DNA of 64,000 bases from Marsupella aquatica (GCA_973895155.1 OZ316895.1:21340558-21404557); one strand, 5' to 3'. Positions 11,291-25,174 are shown, numbered from the stretch's first letter. The notes: a model not told the origin generated them from the letters alone. Numbers and translations: made by a program.

Positions 11291-14200
11291 CTTAGTGCGA
11301 TTCTCCGATTGTCAAAACCCAACAAGATTCCTTCCACTAGGCAAACTGAATGCTGTCAAATTTGGATTGTGCGATTCGATCCTATCTTCAGTTTCTGAGA
11401 AGAAATGAACTTCGAGTGTCCTGTAAGCTTGCTGGCCAGACCTAAGGAAAGTGACAAGGGCAGCCTTTCCAGAACCACCTGACGGATACCGTTTGGATCC
11501 CAAGGTTGCCGGTGCTACCAACGACACCAGAAGATGACGGTCGGGTTTTGCTACGCAAACTGTGCGCGTGGTCAGTACAGTACACTAAGCTGGGAGCGAG
11601 CAAATGTCAACCATCTAGAGGTGGCAATTTGATCATGGTGCTATGCTATGGATAGCTTCATAGGCAAGCACTTGATCGGCACAAACCGGTGAGGGCAGTA
11701 GCTTAGTAGAGCTAGCGCGCTTTCTGGACCTATGCTAGAAATGGAACTTTATGATAACAGGCTACATAAACCGCGAGCAGTCTACTGCCAGCTGCTACGT
11801 CAGGGTGGGAAGGCAGAGGGCACGTTTCTCCTAGCTATGGAGAAGTTGGATCTGCATGTTAGGGTGTACAGCACTTGGCTGGCAGCTACTGGGTGCGAGA
11901 CTGCGAGGAGGGAGAGTGCGCGCGCTTCCGCTCACCGACTAAAGAAAATCTGAATTAGGCCCAAGTGAAGTCAACAAAAACCGTGATAGCCTGATCGATA
12001 GGGCCATAGGGGGTTCATCTAAACATAGCATCGTAGCTGCTGAAACTAGCACTTCAATTATAAATACTCCAACGTCAACTATCCAGGGCAGCACTGCGGT
12101 AGGATTGCCGCTAAAGTACACTGGTAGTTATTTCGTTTCACACCACCGGAAAACATTTCCTAGCAGAAGCATATCAAGTCAAAGATCTACAGTGCAGCCT
12201 TCGTCACTGAGTAAAGAAGTGCTTCAGCTTGACCGGAGCATCTATGTCCACATGGTGGCGCAGAGAGGAGGCGCATGTATCACGAGCCTGCAGGTTGGCG
12301 ACTATGGAATGATGGGATCTTCCGTTGACGAACGTTTGCCTGGTTTGCCTTGAAATGAATTCTTTATCAAGCTAGAAAATTGGCACGCAGAGTAGTAGTG
12401 TCAGATTGCAAATATTTTAGTTTACTAGAGGCTAGTGGAATTTACTGGAGGCTAGTATAATTCGGCACTGTTCTCCGAAAACTGTCTGGCTTTCGAGAAA
12501 CTTTCCCACGGCGGCACTTCCAGTGTCTAGGTAGCCAACTTCTGCTTGTTATTGGAGTCTCACCGTCGGTCTGAGACAGGCGTTGCTGATAATTTTTATC
12601 TGTTTCTTGCGTTAGGACACGCAACAAAGTCACTAAGGCGTAACTTGCGAGAGAGTACACTGCTTACAAACTTCGAGTACGCTTCATCGGCAGCCTGAAA
12701 TTGAATGATAAAGGACCAGTGAAAGAGGTACAGTAACCCAAATGATTTCGTTCGTAGAGACCTGTCGCTTGGAAGCGTTAGAAAGCCCCATTAAATTTCC
12801 CGAGAATCCGACAGAGAGAAAGTCCAGTCCGGGTACTCACTGCACTACTGCAGGCTTTTTAACCCGGGCCTGCCTGAGTATACTCCAACAAAAAATCCAA
12901 ACAACAAAGGCTGGACAGGTGCATGTTCGAACACGAATGAATGATTCGCTTTATGAACTTCCTGGGCTTAAATGGAAGGCAGCAGTGCAGTACACTAACT
13001 TCTTAGACTGAGGCAATGTCCACGAAAGGAACAGAGAGAGAGAGTGGTAATAACGTCCCCTGATTTGACAGGCTCTTGGCTATACAGACACACAACCTTG
13101 GGCACACTGACTGACTCACATGACTTGTGTCATGGCCTTAATAATGGCACAAGTCATGACACAACTCGAGAATCAAAGGAAACAGTGACACAACCGAATA
13201 AGTCACACAACTTTAGGATCCCACTCATTGCGGAAAGGAAAGGAATGAGCTATGGAGCTCGTTTCTTCCACTGAGATAGAATGGCCAATCGCCTTGTAGT
13301 CAGTGTCTTGAATGCTCTACAAAAAATTGCAGGGAACCCATTAAATGACCTGAGAGAAAGACAGGAACATACCCCTAAAACCAACCCTGCCGAACCATTG
13401 CCGTAGCGTGGAGATCCTGGAGGAGCTCATCCATAGCCGCGCAGAATAGTTCCACCAATTCATTTCGCCAATGATGTTATTATAGTAGCTGATAGCCGCA
13501 AAGACCTATCCACTGAGAAATAATTTTGCTCCAAGATATGGTATTTTAAAGGGGTGAGGAATATTATTCAAATAATACATATCCACTTGATAATGAATGG
13601 AGGTGTGATGAGTTGTCAGGCAGGTACCCCACCATCTCAAGGTTCATGCGATGGAGGATGACGAAATGGGGGACTCAGTAAAGTAATCTGGTCCATATCT
13701 GATTTGACCTTCAGGTCCGGCACACACTGCATCAAATGGTGGGCTTCTAGTCGTCTTGTACCTTGGTTCGAAACCAGCCAACTAACAAAGCTGCGTCGAA
13801 CTGACACCTCCTCGATCGATTGCAAGAACAGAATTGCGGCAGGAGTCGACTTCGACAGCTAGGATGGGCCCCAGTGTTTGCGTACAACAGATTGCAGGAC
13901 ATGATGGTAACTTCGGGCGTTAGAGACAATTAAGCTATCTCTTGGACGACCAACATAAATATGGGCAGGAGGGTATCAAAGACAGGATGATCAAATAAAT
14001 ATCTCTACTACTGTAAATGCAAAGCAAGTACGACTGTCATCAAAAGCAATCGCGATGGAGAGTGTGAATCAGTTCTTGACAACCTACACTCCGCTCTACG
14101 GTCTTCAATTAGGCATTGTGAAGTGAAGAGACTCTCCTACGTGGGCCGACGAGATGCGAGGCAGCTCGTCGCGGCGTCTCAAGTGGCAGCCCCAAAGCGT

Positions 14201-17140
14201 AGAGAGAAGGTTTCTCCTTCAAGATACTGGTGAAAGCCAATCTCGATCTTTTCAAAACACAGTTGGTATGAGACACCTGAGTCACTCATCAGAATCACAG
14301 CACCCCCAATAAACTTATGGCTACCTACCTTTTTCATTCATGCTTTGTTGCAGGGACTTCCTTTCACGCCCCGAAGAGGAAATATATCGCCGCATGACAG
14401 TGAGAGAAAACGGAGCCTCGCGATTGGGCAATGCAAGTGGTCAGGCAGACAAGATGGCCTGTTTCTCAATCATGAGATGGAACTGCTGTACTTCCAAACG
14501 ACGCCATCTCCTTAATACAAACCTGTAGTACAGGTAGGGCATTGTGTAACAGGCTTCTCGGAGCCAAGCTACCAATGCTAGAGAAAATCTGAGCATCTCA
14601 AGACGTCCAATCATGGTAACTGTCCCAAAGATATTGATGATTGTTTTCAGCCATCGGTCCTTCGGATAGCGGACGTTTCTACCAAATAGAAATACGATTC
14701 TTGTTCGTGACAGGCCTCAGTACACATAAGATCAATCTCTAAACAACGTAGAAAACAGAAACCAGACTCGTTATCTTCCAGCTAGCTTCCCTCCTCCCCC
14801 ACATCAACCGCGGACGTTCGAGTAATGCAATACCTTTGAAATGGCTTCAATTTGGCGGATGGTCTCCATAGAAGCCTAAGATGTCAAGTCCTAACCCAAC
14901 TGCACTCAACACTTCACGAGAAATCAGTGGCGGTTCAAGTACACCGTGAAAACCTCACGAACATGGTAACTCTTGCAGCCGTAGTCTTGTCAACGATCGA
15001 GCTAATGCTTTCGTATCCTGGTGTGAAAGCAAACGTACGGCTACATTGCGACGTCATATTGGACCGATAGACCAGCAGTGACCCTCAAGAGTTTAGACAA
15101 CTACGGTCTTCTACATCCATTGCAGCAAAGGATAAAATCTCAGCTGCATACTCAGACCCAGCTTGAGCAACACCAACGCTTAAAATGAAGTCCATAGTTC
15201 ACATTTTCTTCGACCACACAGAATTGAATTAAAAGAGACGGTGCGGAATCTAAATGAGGTCCTCTCATCCACACGGAAGAGACGAGGTTTAAAAGGAAAC
15301 TGGAGTCACCACGGTGGGCCAGGTAAGCATAAAGATTACCTGGGCACAGATCCCTTGACGTGCTGACGGGAAAGAACGAGAATAGAAAGCAGCTTTCAAG
15401 GAAACCTAATTCCATGACCCTCCTCTCTCGCGCGCTGCACCGAGCTCGGTCCAAGTGTTTCAGCTGATTCAATGCCGATTGAAGTCGACCCAACCAGATG
15501 GGCGATGTCCGAGCGAAAAATAGAACTTACGGTAAGGGCCACTAGCTATCTAGGATCGAATCGCAACAATGCTGTACAACGCTTCTTCACAACGCGTTTC
15601 TCGTCTCAAAGTGTAAGAGTAGTCAAGAACTGATTCACACTCTCCATCGCGTGAACCATTCGCGTCTCAAAGACCAATATGTGACACTTCATCGAGTATC
15701 GTGCCTCATCACGACGTCACAGACAATGAGATGTTAGGCGAAGCAGCACGGTACCCCTTGCGCAAGATATTCTGACGTGAAGATAGAAAACAACATCAGA
15801 GGACAAAGCTAGTGAAACCCCAAACTCTTACAAACTCTCTCCGCCGCTCCAAACTCGGTCCACAGCGATTGCAATCGAAGAAAGTAACCTCGATCTGAAG
15901 TCGTCCCAACACAGTCATGCATCCTTGTGGTCGTCCCTAGGAACGTGCATGTCCAGGTCCAAGCAAATCGACATTGATAAACCTTGGGTCTCACCCACGT
16001 TTCGTTTACAGAATGATGCACAAATCACATCTCACACGTACCCGAATGACAGGGACATCGATTCGTGATGTCAGCAGCAGACGATTCCTTTTGAACATAT
16101 ACTCAAGCGGAAAGTCATGCGTGTACTCACAATTGCTTCTGGCGACACGACCATCAATTCGTGATGTCAGCGATTCACTTCCATGGCAAACTCTATTAAT
16201 GCAAAATGTACGTACAGGGCTGACAGATACCTTCGAAAGTGTACAGTCCAAGCAGTCGCCTACGTATGGTGTCGATCCACACTGCTGCGAGGGATATTTA
16301 GTGCAGTAGACAACAGACTTAATAAAAACCGAAATGGATGTTGTCAGGTGTGAAGAGACAGGCATGCACCGCATCCCACCGCCCAGCAAGCTTGCGAGAC
16401 CCGCATTAAAGCTGAATTTAGCTTCTCATTTCTCAGAAGGAGTCCTTACAAATGTTTTTACAGATTCAAGTAAGTAATAAGGTCGCCAATGATTTGAAAT
16501 ATCATGAGCTACATAAAACCAACCCACAGAGTTCTCTTCAAAGTTTACACTACGACTGGGACCTAACTAAGGAAGTTCACTCTAACGATCCTGACAGCCA
16601 CTAACTCGCAAAATTGACTCTCTTGCAAATATGAACAAGTAAACTGAGCTTCCATTCCAAAAGAGACTTTCAAAAACTGTGTGCAGCTTGAATAGTCTCC
16701 AACAGCCACTGGGTGGCGTAGTAAACCCTTTCTTTCTGTGATCCAGAACATTGAGCAGCACACTTGGAGATTCAGCTCGGACGATGACTGATGGAGACGG
16801 CGAAATAAATCAGCATGAAGGATCCTGAATGAGCGAAGCTGCAAGCGCACCAATGCATCATGCGTTTCTGGACGAGAGAAACCGGGTGAATCGGTGGAAG
16901 ATCGTGGGCTTCAAGATATCTGCAGTACTTAGCACTGCGATGAGTCTTATTCGTTACACAATAGAAAGAATTGCATCTCAAGCCAAGGGGGCGGTTCAAT
17001 TTTGACTACGATGAACTTCAGCTGATCGACTGACTACATGGTTGTCTAGCTGGCTACGGGAGGGGACTGACTCTAACAAAGTACCTTTTCACAGTTTTGC
17101 TACCAACGATCGAAGCAAGTTTTAGTTAAATCTCTTGTCA

Positions 17141-17293
17141 CACTTTCTTGACAAATGGAGGCTCGGGCCACGGTCGCTCGATGCCACCATTTGTAAAGAA
17201 ACTGGTGGCTAGTATCCTTGTCACCTTTTCTTGTCAAATAGAGGCTGCCAGCCCATATGATTGACTAACTGGCTGCTACCATTTGTGAAGAAA
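17141..17293. repeat. Degenerate tandem repeat downstream of the LBD stop
   Basis: TTTCTTGWCAAATRGAGGCT and GCYACCATTTGTRAAGAAA each occur twice, about 85-95 bp apart. Confidence 0.6.
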
Positions 17294-17405
17294 TCAGGAA
17301 CCAGTCTCTCGATCGACGACTACCCTTAAGTTATAGGAGCGCTGCTGATTGATAATCACCGGACACTGTATCGCTCCCTTACTATTTTCCTATTCTCGAG
17401 GGACA

Positions 17406-17861
17406 CTAGTTCATAGATGACCAGTACCGCTCCTTCACTTCTGGCGTGCCCACGCCATTCGGAGAGGGCACAGTGTAATCTGGCGAGGCTACGGTCGGGT
17501 TCGAGAGATTTCCTGAGCCACCGGATAGCCTTTCGTTGTGGTGAGGTGGGAAGATCGTCGTCAACGTCGTTAGTCCCCCAGATACCCCCGACAGTCTATC
17601 GTTTTGATTCTGAGAATACCCCATCAATGCAGCACTGCTGGGCACCACATTCTGGTTGTGCTCCATTGACTTGCGCATCAGAGCTTGCTGCTGCATCGAG
17701 CACGCGTCTCGCACGGCATTGAGCTCGTTCTGAAGCGTCTCTAGTTGCTGCTGCAATGCAGATATGGCTCCAAGGCACCCGTACACCGGGTCACGGAGAC
17801 GAGCATTGGCCTCATACACCAGACTACTGGCCGCATCAGCCCTCTGGCTCTCCGGAACTTC
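17406..17861 (-). CDS. LBD15: LOB-domain protein (LBD15/LBD13 type), last coding exon
   Basis: Acceptor TGCAG|GAA at 17862-17863; EVPESQRADAASSLVYEANARLRDPVYGCLGAISALQQQLETLQNELNAVR (end of GAS block plus leucine zipper); stop TAG at 17406-17408. Confidence 0.93.
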   Translation of the reverse strand, partial: EVPESQRADAASSLVYEANARLRDPVYGCLGAISALQQQLETLQNELNAVRDACSMQQQALMRKSMEHNQNVVPSSAALMGYSQNQNDRLSGVSGGLTTLTTIFPPHHNERLSGGSGNLSNPTVASPDYTVPSPNGVGTPEVKERYWSSMN

Positions 17862-18546
17862 CTGCACGAAAAAATACCGAACACAATCCAACCCGAGAGG
17901 CCACGATCAGCGTCCATACCACGACATGGAACTCCCATTCCTCTCTTCAATAGTTACCCTTGCTGATGGAACACGTCACACCGAGAAAAAGCGTTACCCA
18001 TCACGACCACCTGTGTCGTGGTGTCGTGCCAACTGGCCACGAGGGAGCTTGTCTAAAGTCAAGCTACTTTTCTTCGGGCATGGGCCAAGTCCATCGACGT
18101 GAATGACGAGAAACAAAACCACCAGGGCCTAAGTCTCCAAGAATATGGAACTGGGTCCAAGACTTCGAGGCTCAGATCGATCCCTGAAAATAACCAAAGA
18201 CTTGGCACGATCGACGTGTTCACGATTTTCCCAAAACCTATGAGCAAGACTCTAGGGAAAATTCTGTGCCACAACTCACTAGACTCTCTAGCGGTCGGAC
18301 TAATGCGAACTGGTGGGTCGACTCGCGCATTGTCCCACAGGGCAGGCAGGTCCCGTGATGTAGATTAGGTGAAAAGAAAGCAATACTCAATTCGCTTTAC
18401 TGAGGTGTTGCCAAGCAGTGTTGCCAAGCAGGCCGTAGAGGATTGACGGAGAGAACTTTGGTATCTACCGGCATTCAGAGACTCTCTAACCCCAGAGACA
18501 GATTCGAAGCATAATCAGGATTCGACGAAGGGTCTTTGCTGCTTAC

Positions 18547-18825
18547 CATGAGCATTTTCGAGACGTTGCTGGCTCCATAAATCTTGTGCACGCAGGCGAA
18601 TTTCTGGGGCTCATGAGGGGAGAAGTAGGGCGAGAATGGGCATTCTTGCGCGCACCGCCGCCGAAGAAGCTTGCACGCCGCGCATGGCGTCGACGAGTTG
18701 GTTTGACCTTGTATGGCCAGCATCGTCCGGCGTACTCCTTTATCCGGAGAAACCTTTCTAATTTTTCTGGAGTGGCTGTTGAACATTGACCGACTAAATA
18801 AACGCTCGGGCTCGCACAGCACCAT
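18547..18825 (-). CDS. LBD15: LOB-domain protein (LBD15/LBD13 type), first coding exon; start could be ATG 18825 or a downstream in-frame ATG
   Basis: C-block TPCAACKLLRRRCAQECPFSPYFSPHEPQKFACVHKIYGASNVSKMLM; donor ATG|GTAAGC at 18545-18546; upstream acceptor TTGCAG at 18833-18834. Confidence 0.92.
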
Positions 18826-19479
18826 GCGAAACCTGCAATCAATCAATCAACCATTCATTCAGAATTAAGCGTGACCAAGGAGAAAGCTAGCATTCAGCCC
18901 TACCGACTCGATAAGAATGGCCACAACGAATCCAATCCTGCTCTCTCTCTCTATCTCTCTCTCTGAAGGAACCTAGCGACTAAGATTTTCGTGATGCACA
19001 CCCACGTAGACTGGGAGGAGGAGGCAGCATCGTCCGTGACCAAGGAGGCCATCGAGAGGAACTCAGAATTTCAATGCACCGAGGTGCGAAAACAAGCAAA
19101 TCTTCTGGTGCCTGCCTGTGAGAGCACATGGCTGCCTGAGCCCACACAACGGGATCCTCAACTTAACCAACCAACCGAGACCTCACAAACCTCTGCCCTC
19201 GTTTCGTGTTGGTGACCGGAAATCTTTTGCGACGAGAAAAAGTTCCGGAGTCAGTCAGTCAGTCAGTCACCTGTCGCCGGTAACTCCGGCCCGAGACGGA
19301 TAGAAAATGGTCGACTCTCGTTCAAATATAATCTGTTGTTCAGTCGACTCAAACCTCCGTGTCCTTCGACCGTCGCTGGATATATGGATCGATCAGATCA
19401 GCCAGCCAGCGAGCGAGCAGGCGATCATAATCCTCTAGATCTAGCACATGTCCGTCTCAGCCACACCACACCCGCTGCA

Positions 19480-20165
19480 ATAAAGCTGCTGCTGCTGCTG
19501 CTGCTCGTCTTTCCAATCAATACCTGTCGCGAAATAGTAGAACGCCTCAACTATATACATAGATAGAACTCTGATGGCCAGATCTCTGATTTTACCCCAC
19601 CCCAGAAGCAAAACCCTACGCCTCCTGCTTCTATTTCCTCCTCCTGCTCCTCCTCCTCCTGCTCCTCCTCCGCCTGCTTCTGTGCTTCCCTTGCCTGCCA
19701 ATCAGCTTTGGTTCGTTCGACGACGCGCTTCAAAGGGAAGAGGAAGAAAGTCAAGTCTCCAATCAACTCACTCACTCTCAATCCCCGTGCTCGATTCAAA
19801 TCAAGCAAGCAAGCTGCTGCTGCTGCTGCATCAACTGAATGGGCGATTAGGCTATAGCAGCTGTGCGCTGCAATCGGGATGGATATCCGATGGCGAGCTA
19901 CACAACACGATTCGATAGCTGAGCTAGAGAGTAGAGCAGCAGCAGCGGAGGTGAGGTGAGGTGAGGCGAGGCGAGGCGATGCGAGGTGGTGGGTGAGGGG
20001 GAGCGAGAGAGAGAGAAAAGGCAATGATGGTGGTGTGGATCTCTGTATGAGAGGGAGGGAGCTCCTTTGCTTTTTCTTCCTTGCCTTTCCTTTCCAGCAG
20101 GCAAAGCAAAGCAAAGCAAAGCAGAGGGGGAGGAAAGCGAGGGAGGAAAGGGAAGGAAAGGAAAG
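19480..20165 (-). promoter_or_regulatory. Likely 5' UTR/TSS region of the LBD gene, rich in microsatellites
   Basis: Pyrimidine-rich on the minus strand. Plus-strand view: (GCT)n at 19486 and 19813, (GAGGT)3(GAGGC)3 near 19948-19978, (GA)n near 20005, (GCAAA)n near 20101. Typical of plant 5' UTR/Y-patch sequence. Confidence 0.55.
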
Positions 20166-21340
20166 GCGACGCAGCAACGCAGTGCACGAGGATCACTCAC
20201 CGCCGCACTCGACCCTCTCACACTTTCTTCACAGTTCACACGACGATGAGGATCCGATACTCGCAAATCTGTGCATCGCCCAGAAAAGCAGTCGACCAGC
20301 CTTTTTCTAGGACGGGCGTGCGCGGGCAGGAGAGGTGTGGGGGGGGGGGGGGGGGGAGGTGGTGGTGCCGCACTCCTCCTGGTGGTGATGCTGGTGGTGG
20401 GGCACCCCCTCGGAAGCGATCCCCGGAGCGGGCACTCGGGGTTGACTGGTTGGGCACCAGGAGCGGGACAGAAGAAAGAATGATGCGCTGTACTGTACGT
20501 CGGAACGGGACTGGACGAGGCCAGACCGGGAGAGAGAGGGCAGACGGGGCGGAAATTTGTACCGGTCCACGTCGTCGAGATTCCGAGCATCTTAGCACCG
20601 CGTCCGCTGGATCCCGTTGATCGACGGCTCTGGAGCTACGTGTTCAGCTCTGGAACTCGAAGAGACTGCGTGTTTCTCCTGACCGCTCCGGACGGGCTGG
20701 GCAGGGGCCGGGCAGCTCTCGTTGGGTTCTGTTACGGGAGTAAATCGACCCCATGCTAGACTGTCCCTGCCCGGAGGAAACGGGGCGAACGTAATCGTGG
20801 GCAGACCGAACCGAACCTTCGGATCTGAATTAAGGGGGAAGGGATTATAAGGGCAGGGAAAACGTCGAGGTTCTTGTACGACGAGGGGAGGGAGTGGAGC
20901 CCTCGGGCAGGGGGGTTCTTGTAGAGGAGCAATAAGTCAAGGGGCTGGCGACGAAGGGCCCCCGTTGACCCGGGATCACCGGCGCGTTTCGGGCAGAGTA
21001 GGTGCGGGAGAACTTTTGAGGGGGCTCACGCGATCCCTCTCGCTACAGGAGCATCGTGGGAGCAGTTTGAGACGGAGTTGGGGAACACGTGTGCTCACGA
21101 ATGTTCCTGTACCCGGGTTTTCCTTTGTGCGTAAGAACGTAAGGGGGCAGTGGGCAGCCCGTGGCCTTGGTGTAAAGAACGGAAGATGCCATTGCGGCGG
21201 CACCCCCAGCCAGGATATCCGGCCCTGCCACCCGCTCGATACAATGCGGGACCCTCTCCGCCGACCCTGCCCCAAACGAAGCGAAATTGCCCCTTCGTCC
21301 AGGGGGCAGAACGGAACCGCAGTTAGGTGGTTTTGGCCTT
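20166..21340 (-). promoter_or_regulatory. GC/CpG-rich proximal promoter island of the LBD gene
   Basis: Very CpG-rich, with a G18 run at 20339-20356 and GTAC cores at 20490, 20495 and 20559. Ends abruptly at a T-rich tract near 21350. Confidence 0.5.
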
Positions 21341-24300
21341 TCTTCAGGGGCGTTTGTCCCTTCTTTTTTTCTTCTTTTATTTTTTTCCTTTTTTTTCTGT
21401 TTTTTTTTGTGGGGGAATGGAAACTTTGACACCCTTCCCTTCTTTTTTCTTTTTTTCTTTTGGGGGGAATGCACTGTTTGACACCATTCCCTTTATTTTC
21501 TTGAGTTTTTTAGGTTGACACTTGCTTTCTTTTTCTTTGTTTTGTTTCTGTCCTCTTTGGAACTCTTTTTCTTTGGACCACTTTTTCTTGCCTTTCATTG
21601 TACTTTGTTTTTTTTCCTAGTATATAAACTTTGGTGACTTGTCTTTCTTTTGATTAAGTTATGATCACGTTTACGCACAAATTTGATATCCTTACATTTC
21701 AGATTCTCAAGCATAAATAATTATTTAAACCCTAGCTACATTGCCATCGGCCTGTTGAGTTAAAGAGAGTATTTCACTTTCCTATTTTTGGGGGGAATGG
21801 AATGAAAAACCGCTTTGATATAAGTGCAGGAGTGATGATCATGCCCTTGCATGCAAAGCTCAAAAACTTGACATTCTTACCTTTCAAATTATAACTAGTG
21901 CTATCGATCACTTATCTACATGTTGCTCACTATTTTTCTTTTGAAAATAGTGTATTCACTGATGTGACAGATATTTACGTAGAAACCCTTAGAATGTTTC
22001 TAAAATATGAATTGTAAATTTTCCAAATTTCACAAACATTAACTATTTTTTTCAGTGGGACTAATTCGCTCAATGATTATTTATTTATTGCACAACTTGA
22101 TCGTCCAATGGTGCAGCGTTTCTATATGCCAAAAAAACAACAGCAATTTCCCCTCTTTCTTCTGTAGGGCTTGGTTACAAAAATATATTGGATGGACTGG
22201 GCTTGTTACCCCTATAATCCCCATGGACAGTGACACCCTTTGCCCTCACTCCTGACACTCTTCCCTCTTCCAAAACAATTTCCCAGAAACAGTTTCCGTT
22301 CAATGTTCTCCCTTGCCATGAAATAAAGTAGGGCTCAGAAGTGGCTTGGAAAGATCTTTCCAAGTAGCCTAGTATTGTCAACTTGCATTAAGAATTGAAA
22401 GGGATACAAATCTCCAAATATTGCACCCTTACTATGCTATGCGCTTCAATTTCTCCCTCGGTATTCAACCAAATCTGTTGTTCTTCTTCTACCTATTAGA
22501 CACAGCTTGGGAATAGTTGTTTTGGGTGCGTTCCTTTGCGGTTTAAGAGAGAGGTTAGGAAGGGCCTCAAGCTCTCCAATGAGCCTGATCTACTTTCATA
22601 GAGAATTGAGAGAGCTATGAATTTCCAATGATGACTTGGTTTCTTGTCATGTTACATGTCCAATCTGAGCTAAACAGGGGGTTTTGCTGAGGTCATGAAG
22701 GTTTACAAGTCTATCCAGGCATTTTTGCAAACCCAATGGTCCATCCCAAGGTCCATCCAAGCTTTTTTCCTTTTGATTTCCCTCTTTTTCTCCTAGAAAG
22801 GAAATTACAAAAATCACTTCCTTTGTTACTTCTTTTTTCTGACCATAACAATTTAGGAGAAATGTATATTCCTTTCTTTTGTTTTGGGGATGCGACAACC
22901 AACTTCTTTCTTCTTCGTTTTGGATACATGCAGCACTTCCTTTTGGCATCAAGGGGGTTGTCTGTTTTCCTAAGAAATTGCCTGTTCGTATTTTACAATG
23001 CTGCCAAACATAAGTTTACGAACAAAGGGAGGGTTGTGTGTGACACGAAATTCTATGAGACAAAGTCAAAAATGGGACACTTGCACTGGGGCATTTTCTC
23101 CTTTTAATTAAAAAAAGTATCTAAAAATCAAGGATTGGAGTTTGCAGGAATCTTGCTTTTGAGCCCCAACACACTCAAATTCACTCTCAACAGAAGAGGG
23201 AAAGAGGGATAATCAAAGTTTGTGTGCCAACTTGTCATTCCAAGAAACTCCGTCCCTGTAAAACCGAACTATCTGAGTGGGTCCTCATGGCCAGTGATGA
23301 CTTGTGACCAGGAGGTCTCAAATTGAATTCCAGCCCAGATAGTTCTACTCTAGATTCTACTTTTGGATCTAGTATGGAGTCTAAGCCAAAACCGATCGGG
23401 CAGGTCAAACGTGCTATGTACCAAGGTGCTTGAGGTAGTTGCAAGACTTATGTAAAATATACAAAAATATAAACCATAGGCTTTCCTTGCTTTGCAAACT
23501 TGTTCAAAGGCAGTTTCCACTTAAAAACAAAACAAAAACTCTCAGACAGTCCCCACTTTGACATCTTTAAGCTTTGACAAATTCAATTGCACCACAAGTT
23601 ACTGTGTTAAGAACTTTGGTTAACGCATAGTACTCATTTCAGATAGAGTACAATCATGTACATGAAAGTTCCTATCATATTAAATATATCTGCAAAGTCC
23701 GTTCCTAGAGATGACTTATGCATATTTGTGTCAAAAATACACACAAGAAAATGGGCACTAAAAATTTTCATTTGATCACAGTTACACAAATTTTAACAAA
23801 ACTTTATGTAGAGCAAGAACGGTTCCTTGAAATTTTTATTGCTTTTGAACACATATATGGAATGAGGTTGTGCAATTAAGGCTATTACCATTCCAAAAGT
23901 TTTCTAGAGATTTTTGGATCAAAGTTAGATGAAACTAGGGTTCCAAGGAACCATCAGTATAAGGATAGGTTTATTGGCATGGATTTTTGAGTTTCACTCT
24001 CATCTCAATAGTTCACCATATTAAGGGCAAACTAGTGCTCAAAAATGGAGATCTTCGAATTTTAAGGAGAAATAGTTCATACTTTATAACTGATCACCAA
24101 ATAAACGTTAGGGTGAGAGATTCCTATGATGGAAAAGGAAGTGGGAGAGGTTTGAGGGTAGGTGTACTGTTCACCTAGGTCAATGAACAGTGTGTGGCTA
24201 GGAGCTGGGACCCTTTCATAGTGGCAGCTGTAGTTTAAAAAGCTAAAAAGAAAGGTATTTAATGGATTTTGTCACCCCAACACACACACACAACCCCCAC

Positions 24301-24430
24301 ACCTGGACACCTTTTTGGAACTCGCCACAAATCCTTGTAAAAGGCTACTTGGGACACATCATAGGTGGCATTGGCTACTCCAAGTCAAATCATTCCTACA
24401 TTTAAGATGCACAACCATGGCTTGGAGGGA

Positions 24431-24470
24431 TTTTCTTTTCTTTTCTTTTCTTTTCTTTCCTTTTCTTTTC
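24431..24470. repeat. (TTTTC)n microsatellite
   Basis: Direct reading. Confidence 0.9.
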
Positions 24471-25174
24471 TGGTAAACCAAACTCACATGCTTCTGGTAA
24501 ACCAGACCCAGCCTTTTGGGCCCAGGAAAACCTTCATTTATTAGAAAATTTGAAATAGATAGCTCTTAAGGCCTGCAATAGGCACAACATGAGAGCACAA
24601 AACACGCCAAAGAGAACATACAGAAAACCAACAAGAGTGTCTGGGCTCAGAAGACAAAGGGAAACAACCCACATGCTTATGTAAGCAAAATCAACAAACC
24701 AGGAGGCGCACGTTCTACTGGGAGCTGTGAACAGCAGGAGAAGTGATAGCCGGCCCCATGAAATCTCTGCACAATTCTCACCGTCCCTGAACTCTTTGAA
24801 ACTAGCAAAGCTCGAGTGAAAGGGTTTCGGGGTTTAGGGGGAAGTGTCCAACATTTCTCACTTTTTCCACATTCCACTCACCTCTTTCTCTAAGGTGCCA
24901 GTCTCCTCCATGATTTTCAGGAAAAAAGAATTCTTTCTAGTGAAATTTCATTCCCAAGGGTAACCCACAGCTCTTGAAGGGGCAGTTGTGGTTTAACTGA
25001 AAGCTTGTCCAGCCACTCCTTGCTAAGCTTCCACCCTGGCTTTCGTCCTACCGCCACTCTCCCCACAGCTGTGGGATGACTAAATGTCACTTTTGACCCA
25101 CTCTGCTTTGGGTTGAGAACATCTTTGATTCATTCTGGCGACTTGGATCCACTAGGTTTGGCTTCTGAATAGGA

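Noticed and set aside
19441-20620. Many overlapping 86-230 aa ORFs
   Set aside because: They are low-complexity translations of GC-rich microsatellite/UTR sequence (poly-G, poly-E, poly-P), many with non-ATG starts and no domains.
21043-21598. Lys-rich and Phe-rich ORFs
   Set aside because: They are translations of a poly-T/poly-A-rich tract.
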